Below, in pieces: positions 47,601 through 56,373 of a DNA stretch of 64,000 nt. Under the pieces are notes generated by a model. The model ran no database searches, had not been told where the DNA came from, and was given only the letters and a program-made list of their open reading frames with translations. The stretch is from IMG/VR virus record IMGVR_UViG_3300037400_005125, positions 1 to 64,000 of that record. One strand, written 5' to 3'. The first letter of the stretch is position 1. Each line of letters starts with the position of its first letter. The position numbers and the translations under genes were made by a program. Source of the DNA: a virus (Duplodnaviria > Caudoviricetes).

Positions 47601-49425
47601 CAAGTTTGTTGTTGATTCTCTCATCCTCACTAATAGAACGCTCAATTTCTGCGTCTGTTTTTGCACTTAAAGCCTCAAACTTAAATGTTACATTGTCATG
47701 AGGGTCATCTGTAAAACCAGTTCCAATCTTATTAGTAAGAACTTCCTCAGCAGCCTCAGCACGTTCTGTTTCAGCTTCAATCTTTTCATCAAGTGCCTGT
47801 TCAGAAGCCTTAGCCCTCTCGATTTCCTCGTCAATTCTAGTATTGATTGCTGCATCCTCAGCCTTTAACTCATCAAGAACATCCTTAACTGTTGTGTCAC
47901 CAGTAGGAAGATACTTAATATTGTCAGCCTCACCACGAACATAAAGTGAGTGGTTAGTGTCTGTTAAAATGTTGTTATGACCTTCGAAAATCTTTACATC
48001 TGCTGAAAGCTTGTCATTACCAGATATATTCCTAGTTTTAACCAACTTAACATCGTGTCCTTCATTCTGAACTTCCCACTCCCAATCACGAATCATTTCA
48101 CCAATTGGAATTTCAACAAACTGTGTTTTACCCTTATTATCCTTATATGTAACAATAAGAGCTTCCTTTGTTGAGTCGTAGTAAATATGTTCAAAAAGTT
48201 CAACACTATTAAGCTGGATTACAGTATCTTCCTGGCCGCTAGCCTTAAACACAAGCTTATTATCTTTTGAAACATATTCAAGTTTTGTTGAAGCAAAGAA
48301 TCCATCAGTTTTTTCAACAATTATATTATCATTGTCTGGTGAAAGTCTAATATTACTAAGTCTATCAAGAGCGTTCTTAACAGTTGTTTTATTTTGTTCT
48401 TCCTCTGTCAGGTCACTGAACATAAATCTATTCCAGTAAAGTATATTACTTGCTTTACCATCAACATAAAGATATCTTCCGTCACCTGTTCTTTCTAGAA
48501 TATTAGTAGAATCTGGGTCTTTCACATACTTTCCAGTAATAGCATCTTTCTCTTCATCCTTTATTCTAACGTCTGCACGAAGAACATCCTGCCAAGGTTC
48601 TACATGGTTGTGTTCATCTGTGTGGTCATAATCAACTTCCTCTCTTGTAAGAATAATAGGAGTTAATGAACCCTCACCTTCAACGCCCCATTCGGCAATA
48701 AGGTCTTCACAGTCAACAACAATCTCTTCACCTTCCTTCATTGTAAATACAAGTGATTCAATTGTCTTGTCGTAAATACCACTTACCAAGTAATTATTAG
48801 GCATCTTAACAGTTGTTTCAGTTATAGTACCATCACCATTACTAATAGTAAATGTAAAGGTATCGTTTTCTTTATCCCATGTTAGATTAACATATATGAA
48901 AAGTCCCTCTGGAGTAACCATGAGGTTATTATTTCTCTTGATGTCATCGTCAAACACATGTGTATCGGCAACCTTAACATCACCACTCATGAATGTACCG
49001 TCATCGGTTTTATCAGCATACAAGTTCAATGTATCTGAATTCAATGCAATAACAGTAAGACTCTTTATAGCCTTCTCAACTTCCTCAGCAAGGTCAGCAA
49101 TCTCCTGTTCTGTCTTATCTATATCAATAATACAGAACCTGTTATCACTATACTGTCCATGACCAGTTTCAACACCCTCTACATTTGTCTTAGAACCAAT
49201 TGCGAAGATAAGGTGTGGGTCAAGTTCCCCAGTTTCATCATCTTCTGTAATATTCTTATACAGAAGTACAGTAGGTTCAGCAAGCAAAGAATATCCAAGT
49301 GCCTTGTTATCTATTGCAAGACCATCATCAGCAAATCTAATCTGACTATAGATATAATCAATGGCATCCTGTCTGGTATCGAATACCTCGTCGTGCTTTC
49401 TAAATTGCAATCTATTTAAAATCAT
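44647..49425 (-). CDS. long tail-fibre-like structural protein
   Basis: Four repeated beta modules (IYYDxxxExhhh...W...hxAxVxI) alternating with EIERA-type coiled coils. Confidence 0.65.
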   Translation of the reverse strand: MILNRLQFRKHDEVFDTRQDAIDYIYSQIRFADDGLAIDNKALGYSLLAEPTVLLYKNITEDDETGELDPHLIFAIGSKTNVEGVETGHGQYSDNRFCIIDIDKTEQEIADLAEEVEKAIKSLTVIALNSDTLNLYADKTDDGTFMSGDVKVADTHVFDDDIKRNNNLMVTPEGLFIYVNLTWDKENDTFTFTISNGDGTITETTVKMPNNYLVSGIYDKTIESLVFTMKEGEEIVVDCEDLIAEWGVEGEGSLTPIILTREEVDYDHTDEHNHVEPWQDVLRADVRIKDEEKDAITGKYVKDPDSTNILERTGDGRYLYVDGKASNILYWNRFMFSDLTEEEQNKTTVKNALDRLSNIRLSPDNDNIIVEKTDGFFASTKLEYVSKDNKLVFKASGQEDTVIQLNSVELFEHIYYDSTKEALIVTYKDNKGKTQFVEIPIGEMIRDWEWEVQNEGHDVKLVKTRNISGNDKLSADVKIFEGHNNILTDTNHSLYVRGEADNIKYLPTGDTTVKDVLDELKAEDAAINTRIDEEIERAKASEQALDEKIEAETERAEAAEEVLTNKIGTGFTDDPHDNVTFKFEALSAKTDAEIERSISEDERINNKLDDEIERSTNKDNEHDEAIDRIDATIGSGFTTDAHETVTYKFDQLQNQVNEEAAKLQREIDRSKTTDEEHDGRLDAIDAEIGEGFGPRNTVRDEIDNLQSDIDAVSADTSMRLTDVINEDESIDVETRNDENGKPTIKVLKVNLSEEAEDDKPNIIKLNADGLYAGVDLIYEFNEEVGTNQLIFKTTNGTKTYDLKTNSVVDKIYYDPSREAIIIEYTVNGHRMPDVVIPVGDLINEWRVEDGHPHAVQLEKVRVASGTSEQDVLKASVIITDDHDDNILVMDDGSLYVSGAQISANTAAIEQEIVDRIADVDEEEARAKAAEEVLDGRLATAEGDIDALENSLNEEVTRATSAETGLRSDLTTAQSNIQSEVSRATGEEQRIETKLNNEITRSTDKDQELLDAIAAELTRATSAETDIRTAINNEATYVRTVENNLSHSIEDEAERRISGDTILQGTIDREISRAINAESGLNITITSEIERATGKEAELAAKDEQIIAALQQEIEDREQGDAELAQAIRDAALTFDNTVTTKMNKTTGNVVTTDVIVPKNNNIIIVDEGVKAYVRLDYNAATNQLILEKTDGSSVSGKSYDTITLNAGSLIDAITYDSDTKELVIRWHSTDDPQTPRETRVSVEDLFNPWLPNNPSVNSAIELTLTDSTGPLGEDQLSAKVLITDDHDGDGKPDQGSDNAIEIRNNGLYVDGSSISGAVETAECTKNELRAVEMAVIGHIIAEDCGSGYTYEPNQFGAYINSATSFASADYILDLNLKRVEDKSDDIEEEIDCIDSKTDALYAMLYTNASPMPQCGSGATYQPYQGACIISGATSFMEADQLLNDQICELLTMWVSGITCTNESTWVEDGANRKLQVDTRLSHGKFATMTDEDLYTVDMSGDYIDPTNTEFTDTNALRIVCLEEGPSGVTPSVDTKQNGIYLSNVWDCGLYYDEGTPADQEAKLRAQAAGYNTNYSTDESSSARSYNYNNNVR

Positions 49426-49449
49426 TTTATTAAAATATTTTCGATGTTA

Positions 49450-51765
49450 TTAAATACTTCCGAAATTAGCATCAAAGTCAGCTCTGATAAAGTGCTCTTC
49501 TATACCATCCTTCGTTTTGAATACGATATTATTTTCATCTTTCTTAACTGCTGCTGTGAAAGTGAATGGTACAAGCCTCCAGTCAATAAGTTGTCCGTCA
49601 ATCTCATTCTCTCTAGCGGTTGCACGTTCAATTTCAGCATTGAGTGCTCCCCAAAGTTGTGCTTCAACTTCCTGTGCTCTTGCGGTCTCTCCGTTGATGC
49701 CTTCCCAAAGTTGTCTCTCAACTTCCTGTGCTCTAGCAGTTTCTGCATTTATAGCATCCCAAAGCAAGTTATCAGTTGTCTCTCTTGCCTCTGCTTCAGC
49801 ATTAATTGCAGCCCACATTTGAGCATCAACGTCAAGTCTAGCCTGAATTTCATTGTTAAGGGCAGACCAAATCTGATTATCAACATCAGTCCTTGCAGAA
49901 GCCTCCTGAGCAATAGCATCCCAAAGCTGGTTGTCAACATCAGTCCTTGCAGAAGCCTCCTGAGCAATAGCATCCCAAAGCTGGTTGTCAACGTCTGTTC
50001 TTGCAGAAGCCTCTTGTGAAATGGCTTCCCAAAGTTCCGTATCACCTGAGATTCTTTCATCACGCTCTGTTTCAATTGCCCCAGAAAGTACTGCATCTGC
50101 CTCGATTCTTTCCTCACGCTCTTTTTCAAGCATTGGAACTATAATCTGTACAACTCTTTCAACAACAAGGTCATCAGTATTTACAAGAATCTTGTTACAT
50201 CCACCATCCTCTGTAAACACCCTGTATTCAATGTTGCTCTGTGCAGCCTTTGGAATCTCAATATCAATACAGTGAGATACGTGGTCTTTATCCATCCAGC
50301 ATACATTTGTGGTTGTTCCAGTTCCCTGGTCGAAGCATGGGTTTTCAACAACAATTGTGTCACCCTCATGCATTATCTTCTTTTCCCAGTAGTAACCATT
50401 CCACTCATTGATAAACATTTCAACTCTCTTCTCAAGAACCTCTCCATTGTTTACTTCAACGATTTCAGGTGTTTCTCCACCTTGAACATACTCAATAAAG
50501 CCTTCCTTGTCAGCATAGTTTGAAGCAAGCCAAATCTGTCCGCTTTCAGGGAATAGAATTGTTTTATAAAGTACTCCGTCGATATACTCACTATCATAAT
50601 AGTTGCTACCATCGTAATCCTTGACAAGCCTTACTGAATAATATGGCTTTGGACATTCAGCTACCTGAGAAACCCCACACTTATTCCAATCAAAAATCTT
50701 TGCATACACATCCTGGTCACTATCGCCATAAACGTGTGTTGAAGTCCAAAATATTGCCTGTTCCTTAAATGAAGCTGACTGTGGTCTTCCAAATGTATCA
50801 AGTGTTGAAAGTCCTGCTGGAAGAATTGATAAACCATATTTATCAATACCAACACAAGAATCTTCATTATATGATGGAGTTGCTGGTTCTTCATCAATAT
50901 ACCCATCTTCATTGTATGAACACCCAGTGTTAGGCTTTGTTACAGTACATTCACACTCTGGCTGACCAAGCCAACCACATTCAGACTTAAAATATTTACC
51001 AGCAACTTTACCAAGTTCTACGTGGCATTTGGAAGAATTGTGATTCTGGTACTCACATGGTTCTACTGAATTAAGAAGTGCATCCCAATCTGCCTTTGAT
51101 GGAATTCTCCATCCATAGCGCCTCTCGTTAGTCTGATGACTCTTGCTTTTCTGGGAATATCTTTCATCAAGTTTTTCCTGAATCTTATCAACACCAGCAC
51201 CGTTATAAAGATAGCCGTAATCATTTACATATTCTTTGGTAATATATCTAGTACCAAGTTTTGCAACTTCTGGAAGTGTACCGCCAGTAGTAAGGTCAAA
51301 TACCTCCAATACTGGTGCAAAAGAACCTGTCTTCTCAACTCCAGTAATACCAAGCGGAGCATCAATTGTTCCATTTCCTCTAAGAGTACCGTCAGTGATT
51401 ACCTTGGTAAGTATATCACTACCAATAACATCCATAAGATTGTCAGCAGTAAGAATATTTGGTATAACCACATCTTTTTTGCCAAATTCTCCATCATATG
51501 AAATAGTCAAAGTAGTTCCACTTTCACCGCATTCAGCATCCACATTGAGATTGTATGCAATGTCGTTCAAAGGAACTATTAACTTCTCGTCGTTGTTTCT
51601 TGTAAGTACAAGTGTCTTTTCCTCCCTAACGAACTCAGCACTCTTAATGTCATTGTCCTTTAAGGTCAAGAAGTTACTGTCAATCTCATTTATGGTAAGC
51701 TTACAATTTTTTGTAACGTCCTCTTTGTAAGGACTTACTAACTTATAGTAGTATAATCCAACCAT
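49450..51765 (-). CDS. fibre-like protein with FISUMP (Fib_succ_major-like) domain and coiled-coil repeats (start adjusted to MVGLYYY)
   Basis: GWRIPSKADWDALL...GKYFKS..GW...DKYGLSILPAG...FWTST...YSVRLVKD; LTINEIDSNFLTL N-terminus; 18-aa EASARTDVDNQLWDAIAQ repeats. Confidence 0.7.
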   Translation of the reverse strand: MVGLYYYKLVSPYKEDVTKNCKLTINEIDSNFLTLKDNDIKSAEFVREEKTLVLTRNNDEKLIVPLNDIAYNLNVDAECGESGTTLTISYDGEFGKKDVVIPNILTADNLMDVIGSDILTKVITDGTLRGNGTIDAPLGITGVEKTGSFAPVLEVFDLTTGGTLPEVAKLGTRYITKEYVNDYGYLYNGAGVDKIQEKLDERYSQKSKSHQTNERRYGWRIPSKADWDALLNSVEPCEYQNHNSSKCHVELGKVAGKYFKSECGWLGQPECECTVTKPNTGCSYNEDGYIDEEPATPSYNEDSCVGIDKYGLSILPAGLSTLDTFGRPQSASFKEQAIFWTSTHVYGDSDQDVYAKIFDWNKCGVSQVAECPKPYYSVRLVKDYDGSNYYDSEYIDGVLYKTILFPESGQIWLASNYADKEGFIEYVQGGETPEIVEVNNGEVLEKRVEMFINEWNGYYWEKKIMHEGDTIVVENPCFDQGTGTTTNVCWMDKDHVSHCIDIEIPKAAQSNIEYRVFTEDGGCNKILVNTDDLVVERVVQIIVPMLEKEREERIEADAVLSGAIETERDERISGDTELWEAISQEASARTDVDNQLWDAIAQEASARTDVDNQLWDAIAQEASARTDVDNQIWSALNNEIQARLDVDAQMWAAINAEAEARETTDNLLWDAINAETARAQEVERQLWEGINGETARAQEVEAQLWGALNAEIERATARENEIDGQLIDWRLVPFTFTAAVKKDENNIVFKTKDGIEEHFIRADFDANFGSI
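49880..49992 (-). repeat. 54-bp tandem repeat (two exact copies plus degenerate flanking copies)
   Basis: caacatcagtccttgcagaagcctcctgagcaatagcatcccaaagctggttgt starting at 49881 and 49935. Confidence 0.9.
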
Positions 51766-51875
51766 AATTTTATAAACTGTTTTTCTTATAATTTTCTTAA
51801 AAATAAATATCCTACACACATTGTTTATTTGCAGTTTATATATATTTATTAGTATAAACAAAACAATATATTATT

Positions 51876-52850
51876 ATGAGACACTGTAAGAACTATTGGA
51901 AAAATAAAAACAATGTATTTGAGGAGTCAAAAAAATATACTTCAAGGTCATCGTTTAACAAGCATTCAAGAAAGGCATATGATGAGGCAAGAAAAAATAA
52001 TTGGCTTGATGAAATGACATGGCTTATCAGTAAAAATGTGTTTGTTGATAAAGTAGATAATATTTACAGATATTATTTCAAAAATGAAAATGCTATATAC
52101 ATTGGTAGGACAATCTATCCAGAATTAAGGGATTATCAACATAGGACTACAGTTAACGATACTGTTTATAAATTTGCTAGTAAGAATTCCACTACCATAC
52201 CACAGATGGAAGTCATAGAAACAAACATAACAGTTCCGCAAGGTTCAAGAAAAGAAATATTTTGGGAACAGTATTATAGAGACAATGGGTATATAGTGTT
52301 AAACAAAAAAAAATGTGGTGGGGTAGGTTCTATATCAACTGGAAAATGGAGTAAATCAAAGTGCATAGAAGAATCAAAAAAATATAAAACTAGAAGTGAG
52401 TTCTCAACTGGAAATAGTAATGCATACCAAAAATCAATAAAAGAAGGTTGGATAAATGAAATGATTTGGTTAAATAATAATAGAAAATATCCTAAAGGAT
52501 TTTGGACAATAAAAGAAAACGTGTTGGAAGAAGCAAAAAAATATAACTCAAAAAAAGAATTTGAAAAGAAAAACATTAGTGCATTTTTAGCTGCATATAG
52601 ATATGGATTTATTAAAGATATGAATTGGCTTGTAAAGCAAAAACAACACAAGAAAAATCATTGGAACGAAACTGAACTTAAATCAGAGTCAAAAAAATAT
52701 TCAACTAGAACTGAATTTTCTATCAAAAACAGGGCAGCATACAATGCCGCTAAAAAACTTAGCATACTTGATGAATTATTTCCAAAACAAGAAAAAAAAA
52801 AGTTGTTGAGAGACACCCAAAAGGCTACTGGAAAAACAGGGAAAACATGA
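51876..52850 (+). CDS. GIY-YIG endonuclease with tandem KGxW..EEAKKY..EF repeats (N-terminal portion)
   Basis: IYRYYF...IYIGRT...R..QH...E...E..Y...LN; about five W-x6-EEAKKY repeats. Confidence 0.8.
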   Translation: MRHCKNYWKNKNNVFEESKKYTSRSSFNKHSRKAYDEARKNNWLDEMTWLISKNVFVDKVDNIYRYYFKNENAIYIGRTIYPELRDYQHRTTVNDTVYKFASKNSTTIPQMEVIETNITVPQGSRKEIFWEQYYRDNGYIVLNKKKCGGVGSISTGKWSKSKCIEESKKYKTRSEFSTGNSNAYQKSIKEGWINEMIWLNNNRKYPKGFWTIKENVLEEAKKYNSKKEFEKKNISAFLAAYRYGFIKDMNWLVKQKQHKKNHWNETELKSESKKYSTRTEFSIKNRAAYNAAKKLSILDELFPKQEKKKLLRDTQKATGKTGKT

Positions 52851-53131
52851 TGAATGAAGCTATGAAATATTCAACCAAAGAAGAATTCCAAAAAGGAAAT
52901 CTTTCTGCTTTTCTTGCAGCTCATAAATACGGCTACATAGATGAAATGTATTGGCTTGTTAAACAGAAACAACATAAAAAAGGATATTGGACTTACAAGC
53001 ACATTGAAGAGGAGGCGCTAAAGTACAATACCAAGACTGAATTCTTCAAAGGAAACCAGACAGCATACCGTGCTGCATTGAAAATGGGAGTAATTGATGA
53101 CTTCTTCGTTATGAATGACTATGTGCAATAA
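52847..53131 (+). CDS. C-terminal repeats of the same GIY-YIG protein, in the -1 frame
   Basis: The -1 frame is open from the A10 run (52792-52801): KVVERHPKGYWKNRENMMNEAMKY..., completing a repeat. Confidence 0.75.
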   Translation: MMNEAMKYSTKEEFQKGNLSAFLAAHKYGYIDEMYWLVKQKQHKKGYWTYKHIEEEALKYNTKTEFFKGNQTAYRAALKMGVIDDFFVMNDYVQ

Positions 53132-53163
53132 ATGAGCAACCGTGATTGGCTGCTCATTTTTTT
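53131..53163. terminator. terminator between convergent genes
   Basis: AATGAGCA...TGCTCATT followed by a T-run. Confidence 0.7.
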
Positions 53164-53212
53164 GTATATCTATACACTATTGATATTTAGAGTCAACAGG
53201 TATATAGTTCCC

Positions 53213-53728
53213 TTAAAAATTATATTTTCGTCTAAGTTCCATATATACTGCATCTGCAATTTTCATTCTCAGAGGTATTGACATAATCTGTTTGAATATC
53301 TGGGGGCATCTTGAAATAAATTCTTCTTTCCTCCATTTTAACTGCTGATTTTGCGTCCCTCCTGGGAACATCAAAAGTCGAGGATGAAAGCAAGAAAGAG
53401 CTTCTTCCGATAATTTTTCATCATTCATTACTGTATCAACAACGTTCTTGATGATTTCGTCGTTCCTGCCTTCCGATAATATCTTGTTTACAGATTCTTT
53501 CACAATTCTGTGAAGGTCACTCTCTGTTAGCCTAATGATGGTTTGTTCCTCAACTTTTTCTGGAAGTCCCTTATGTTTTGTCTCGGCAAAATCCTTTACA
53601 TCATCCATCGACATTCCTTTTGCAGCTTTCTTTATCTTGCTGCTTGCATTCTTCATTTCGCCCTTCTTGTATGCATCTACCATACCAAAGAACCTCTGTT
53701 GTTCTTTACTTTTACTTTTACTTGGCAT
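53213..53728 (-). CDS. DUF3008-like N-terminal domain fused to an internal LTESDLH motif and a small C-terminal domain
   Basis: SKSKEQQRFFGMV..YKKG...AKGMSMDDVKDFAETKHKGLPEKV then TIIRLTESDLHRIVKESVNKILSE. Confidence 0.7.
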   Translation of the reverse strand: MPSKSKSKEQQRFFGMVDAYKKGEMKNASSKIKKAAKGMSMDDVKDFAETKHKGLPEKVEEQTIIRLTESDLHRIVKESVNKILSEGRNDEIIKNVVDTVMNDEKLSEEALSCFHPRLLMFPGGTQNQQLKWRKEEFISRCPQIFKQIMSIPLRMKIADAVYMELRRKYNF

Positions 53729-53752
53729 ATTAATATATGTTATTACCTATAA

Positions 53753-54361
53753 TTATTTCAATTTAACTCTTGATAAAAAATCTTTTAAACAAGCATCCTC
53801 ATCATAGTTTATATCTCTAACTATTGAATATAAATCATCACAGTCCAAATTCTGTGTCTTCAAGAATTCAACGTCTTCATCATCACCATTTCCAAATGCC
53901 CTCTTTAGTTTCCTATTAAATGCATTTCCATATGTAGGTATATACCCTCTGAAACGTTTTCCATCCCAATATATAAAAAACAATATAGGACACTCCCAAT
54001 CACCGCCAGCATAGCATTTCAGATATGTTATACCTTTCCGTGTTTCAACTTTACCGATTGCACCAAGATTTTCGCAATCATAGTCTATCTTAGATATATC
54101 GTCCAGCAATGTTGACAATTCTTTTGGCTTTTCCTTATTGTAATTGTTACAAAAGGTATATACAAAACTATCTAGAGAAAAACGCCTTTCATTGTTCTTT
54201 TCATAAATAGATTTCATTTTCTCCTCAAATTCTTTTGGTGAAATCTTTGCTGCTGTTCTACCAGTTTTAGGAAGTTCAACATCTAAGTTAACAATATATC
54301 TTTTTTTCCCTCCTTCTATAATTAATCTCAACTGAGATTCATTTAACATTATTTTTTTCAT
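53753..54361 (-). CDS. hypothetical protein with leader-like N-terminus (MKKIMLNESQLRLIIE)
   Basis: ORF track, start adjusted to the second Met. Confidence 0.7.
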   Translation of the reverse strand: MKKIMLNESQLRLIIEGGKKRYIVNLDVELPKTGRTAAKISPKEFEEKMKSIYEKNNERRFSLDSFVYTFCNNYNKEKPKELSTLLDDISKIDYDCENLGAIGKVETRKGITYLKCYAGGDWECPILFFIYWDGKRFRGYIPTYGNAFNRKLKRAFGNGDDEDVEFLKTQNLDCDDLYSIVRDINYDEDACLKDFLSRVKLK

Positions 54362-56312
54362 ACCTATAATTATTCTCAATTATCAGTTGTTCCATAAAAC
54401 AGTTATATATCTTGAATGACTTGATATACCCTATGAAACTACCAGCAAAGTTCTTCTCAATAGGATAGACCCTGGTAGGATTCAACATATAGTTCTGTTG
54501 TATTGTCTCCGCAAGACCTTGTGTTCCACCACCAAGTGATATATTGTATGGGACACCTTCTTGCTTCTCATAAAGCTCATGTAATGCCTTCATATTAAGT
54601 TCTGGAAGGTCTTTTGTAATATAAACAAGCTTACCGTTAACATAGAACATGATTTTCATCTTACCCATAAAGAACTGAAGTCTTGCCATTACTGTAACCC
54701 ACTCACAATCAGGTATTACATTTTCGAATGAATAGCCTTCTTCAATACTTGACTTATCCCTTCCTTCTTTACTACAATCCATCGTAAGAAATCTATATCC
54801 AATTTCACCATTATCAGTAATCCTGAATGCAAGAGCATTATTGTATATATCATTATAAGGGTTATAGTTGTTAGCAGACTGGTCTCTAAGCTCATCAATA
54901 GTGTTTACAGTATATCCTGTCTTTGTCCTATTCATAAGGATAAATAAGTTTCCTGTAAACTGACTTCTCCTACCATAATACATTATCTGAGTACCTTCAA
55001 CCCAATCCTTGATTGTATGACCTTTCTTAGTCCTGTCAAATATCATGAATTTATTATCAGTATAGAAGTAATACTGATTTGCCTCGAACAGATTAAACCC
55101 ATTGTCAGTATAATATTCAAAATCAGATATATCAAGTTCTGCCTCTATATAATCAGTAGCCTCATCAACAGACAATAACTCACTTGTATCTACTATATAA
55201 TCATCACCGAATTCAGTTCCCATCTTCAGTGGATTTGGGTCAAATGTATCTTTATCCTTCTTTACCTTTTTATATGATATAGGGCATCCGCATCCTTTAA
55301 AGAACGGCATTAACGTATAATCTGGGTCTCCTATTTCATTACAACACCAAGTAAGAACTGTATGTGATGCACTTTCGTCTATTATTTTTGGTTTTTTCTC
55401 TGAAGGTATCTCAAGGTAATCATACATATCATTCCAATCACAGTAATCATCAGCATACAAATCATCATTGTAGTAACTGTAATTCGTATAATCACCAAGT
55501 TCAAATGGGTCATACCCATCGAAGTCTATTACTGGAGTGCCGAAGTTGCCTATTATATGGTCTTTCTTATCAATTTCTCCGTCTTCGACAAAATCATCAA
55601 CACCAAGTTCATAGCAAGCCTCAAGACCATCTACATCATCTTTGTCATAAGCATAAATCCACTTATTCTCAGACCTAGTTCCAATGTAAAAGAAAATACC
55701 CTTATTCTCTGGGTACTTATCATTAAGCGTTTTATCTGACTCAGGCTCAAGGTCACATTTCTTCAGGCTAAACTCGAAATATATATTATCACCACTTTCG
55801 AAATTTGATGGTAATACCTGATACTTATCACATTCAGTCTTGAAAAAACCCTGGAAAAAGCCACCATTAAATTTAGTTTGGCATTCCTCAATAGTTAAAG
55901 GATATTCATATTGTAATGTACTCCCACTTACAGCGTGAAGTTTAAGCCTAGTATCACCTTCTGGTATTTCATATTTGTTACTCTGAAATATCTTCACAAA
56001 ATCTTTATTAGATATTCTATCCTTCCTAAATGAGAATAAACCATTATCAACACCAGTGTATGTTATGTTATGAAGTGTATACCCACTTGCAAGTGCTTTA
56101 TCCCAACTATATGCGTTTTTACTATAAACCCACTCTGAGCCATCAGTGCATTCTTTATCACACATATCTATATAAGAGATAAGACAATCATCGTATAACC
56201 CATTCAGTTTTGTTAAACCGAAAGAGTCTTTATTAACGAAGAAATCCCAATATTCATCCCTGTTAATTCTCAGTTTTAGGTTATGATAGTTATTTACCTT
56301 TAAATTTGCCAT
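54339..56312 (-). CDS. hypothetical structural protein (possible LamG/ConA-like C-terminus)
   Basis: ORF track; late motif; C-terminal WVTVMARL...FYVNGKLV...SLGGG...FIGYIKSFKIYN. Confidence 0.5.
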   Translation of the reverse strand: MANLKVNNYHNLKLRINRDEYWDFFVNKDSFGLTKLNGLYDDCLISYIDMCDKECTDGSEWVYSKNAYSWDKALASGYTLHNITYTGVDNGLFSFRKDRISNKDFVKIFQSNKYEIPEGDTRLKLHAVSGSTLQYEYPLTIEECQTKFNGGFFQGFFKTECDKYQVLPSNFESGDNIYFEFSLKKCDLEPESDKTLNDKYPENKGIFFYIGTRSENKWIYAYDKDDVDGLEACYELGVDDFVEDGEIDKKDHIIGNFGTPVIDFDGYDPFELGDYTNYSYYNDDLYADDYCDWNDMYDYLEIPSEKKPKIIDESASHTVLTWCCNEIGDPDYTLMPFFKGCGCPISYKKVKKDKDTFDPNPLKMGTEFGDDYIVDTSELLSVDEATDYIEAELDISDFEYYTDNGFNLFEANQYYFYTDNKFMIFDRTKKGHTIKDWVEGTQIMYYGRRSQFTGNLFILMNRTKTGYTVNTIDELRDQSANNYNPYNDIYNNALAFRITDNGEIGYRFLTMDCSKEGRDKSSIEEGYSFENVIPDCEWVTVMARLQFFMGKMKIMFYVNGKLVYITKDLPELNMKALHELYEKQEGVPYNISLGGGTQGLAETIQQNYMLNPTRVYPIEKNFAGSFIGYIKSFKIYNCFMEQLIIENNYRYEKNNVK

Positions 56313-56337
56313 ACACTTGTCATATTATTTCTCATAA

Positions 56338-56349
56338 ATAAATATTTAT
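56338..56349. promoter_or_regulatory. palindromic double late-type motif between divergent genes
   Basis: ATAAATATTTAT palindrome. Confidence 0.55.
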
Positions 56350-56373
56350 TTAATAATAAAACCAGAGAATTAT

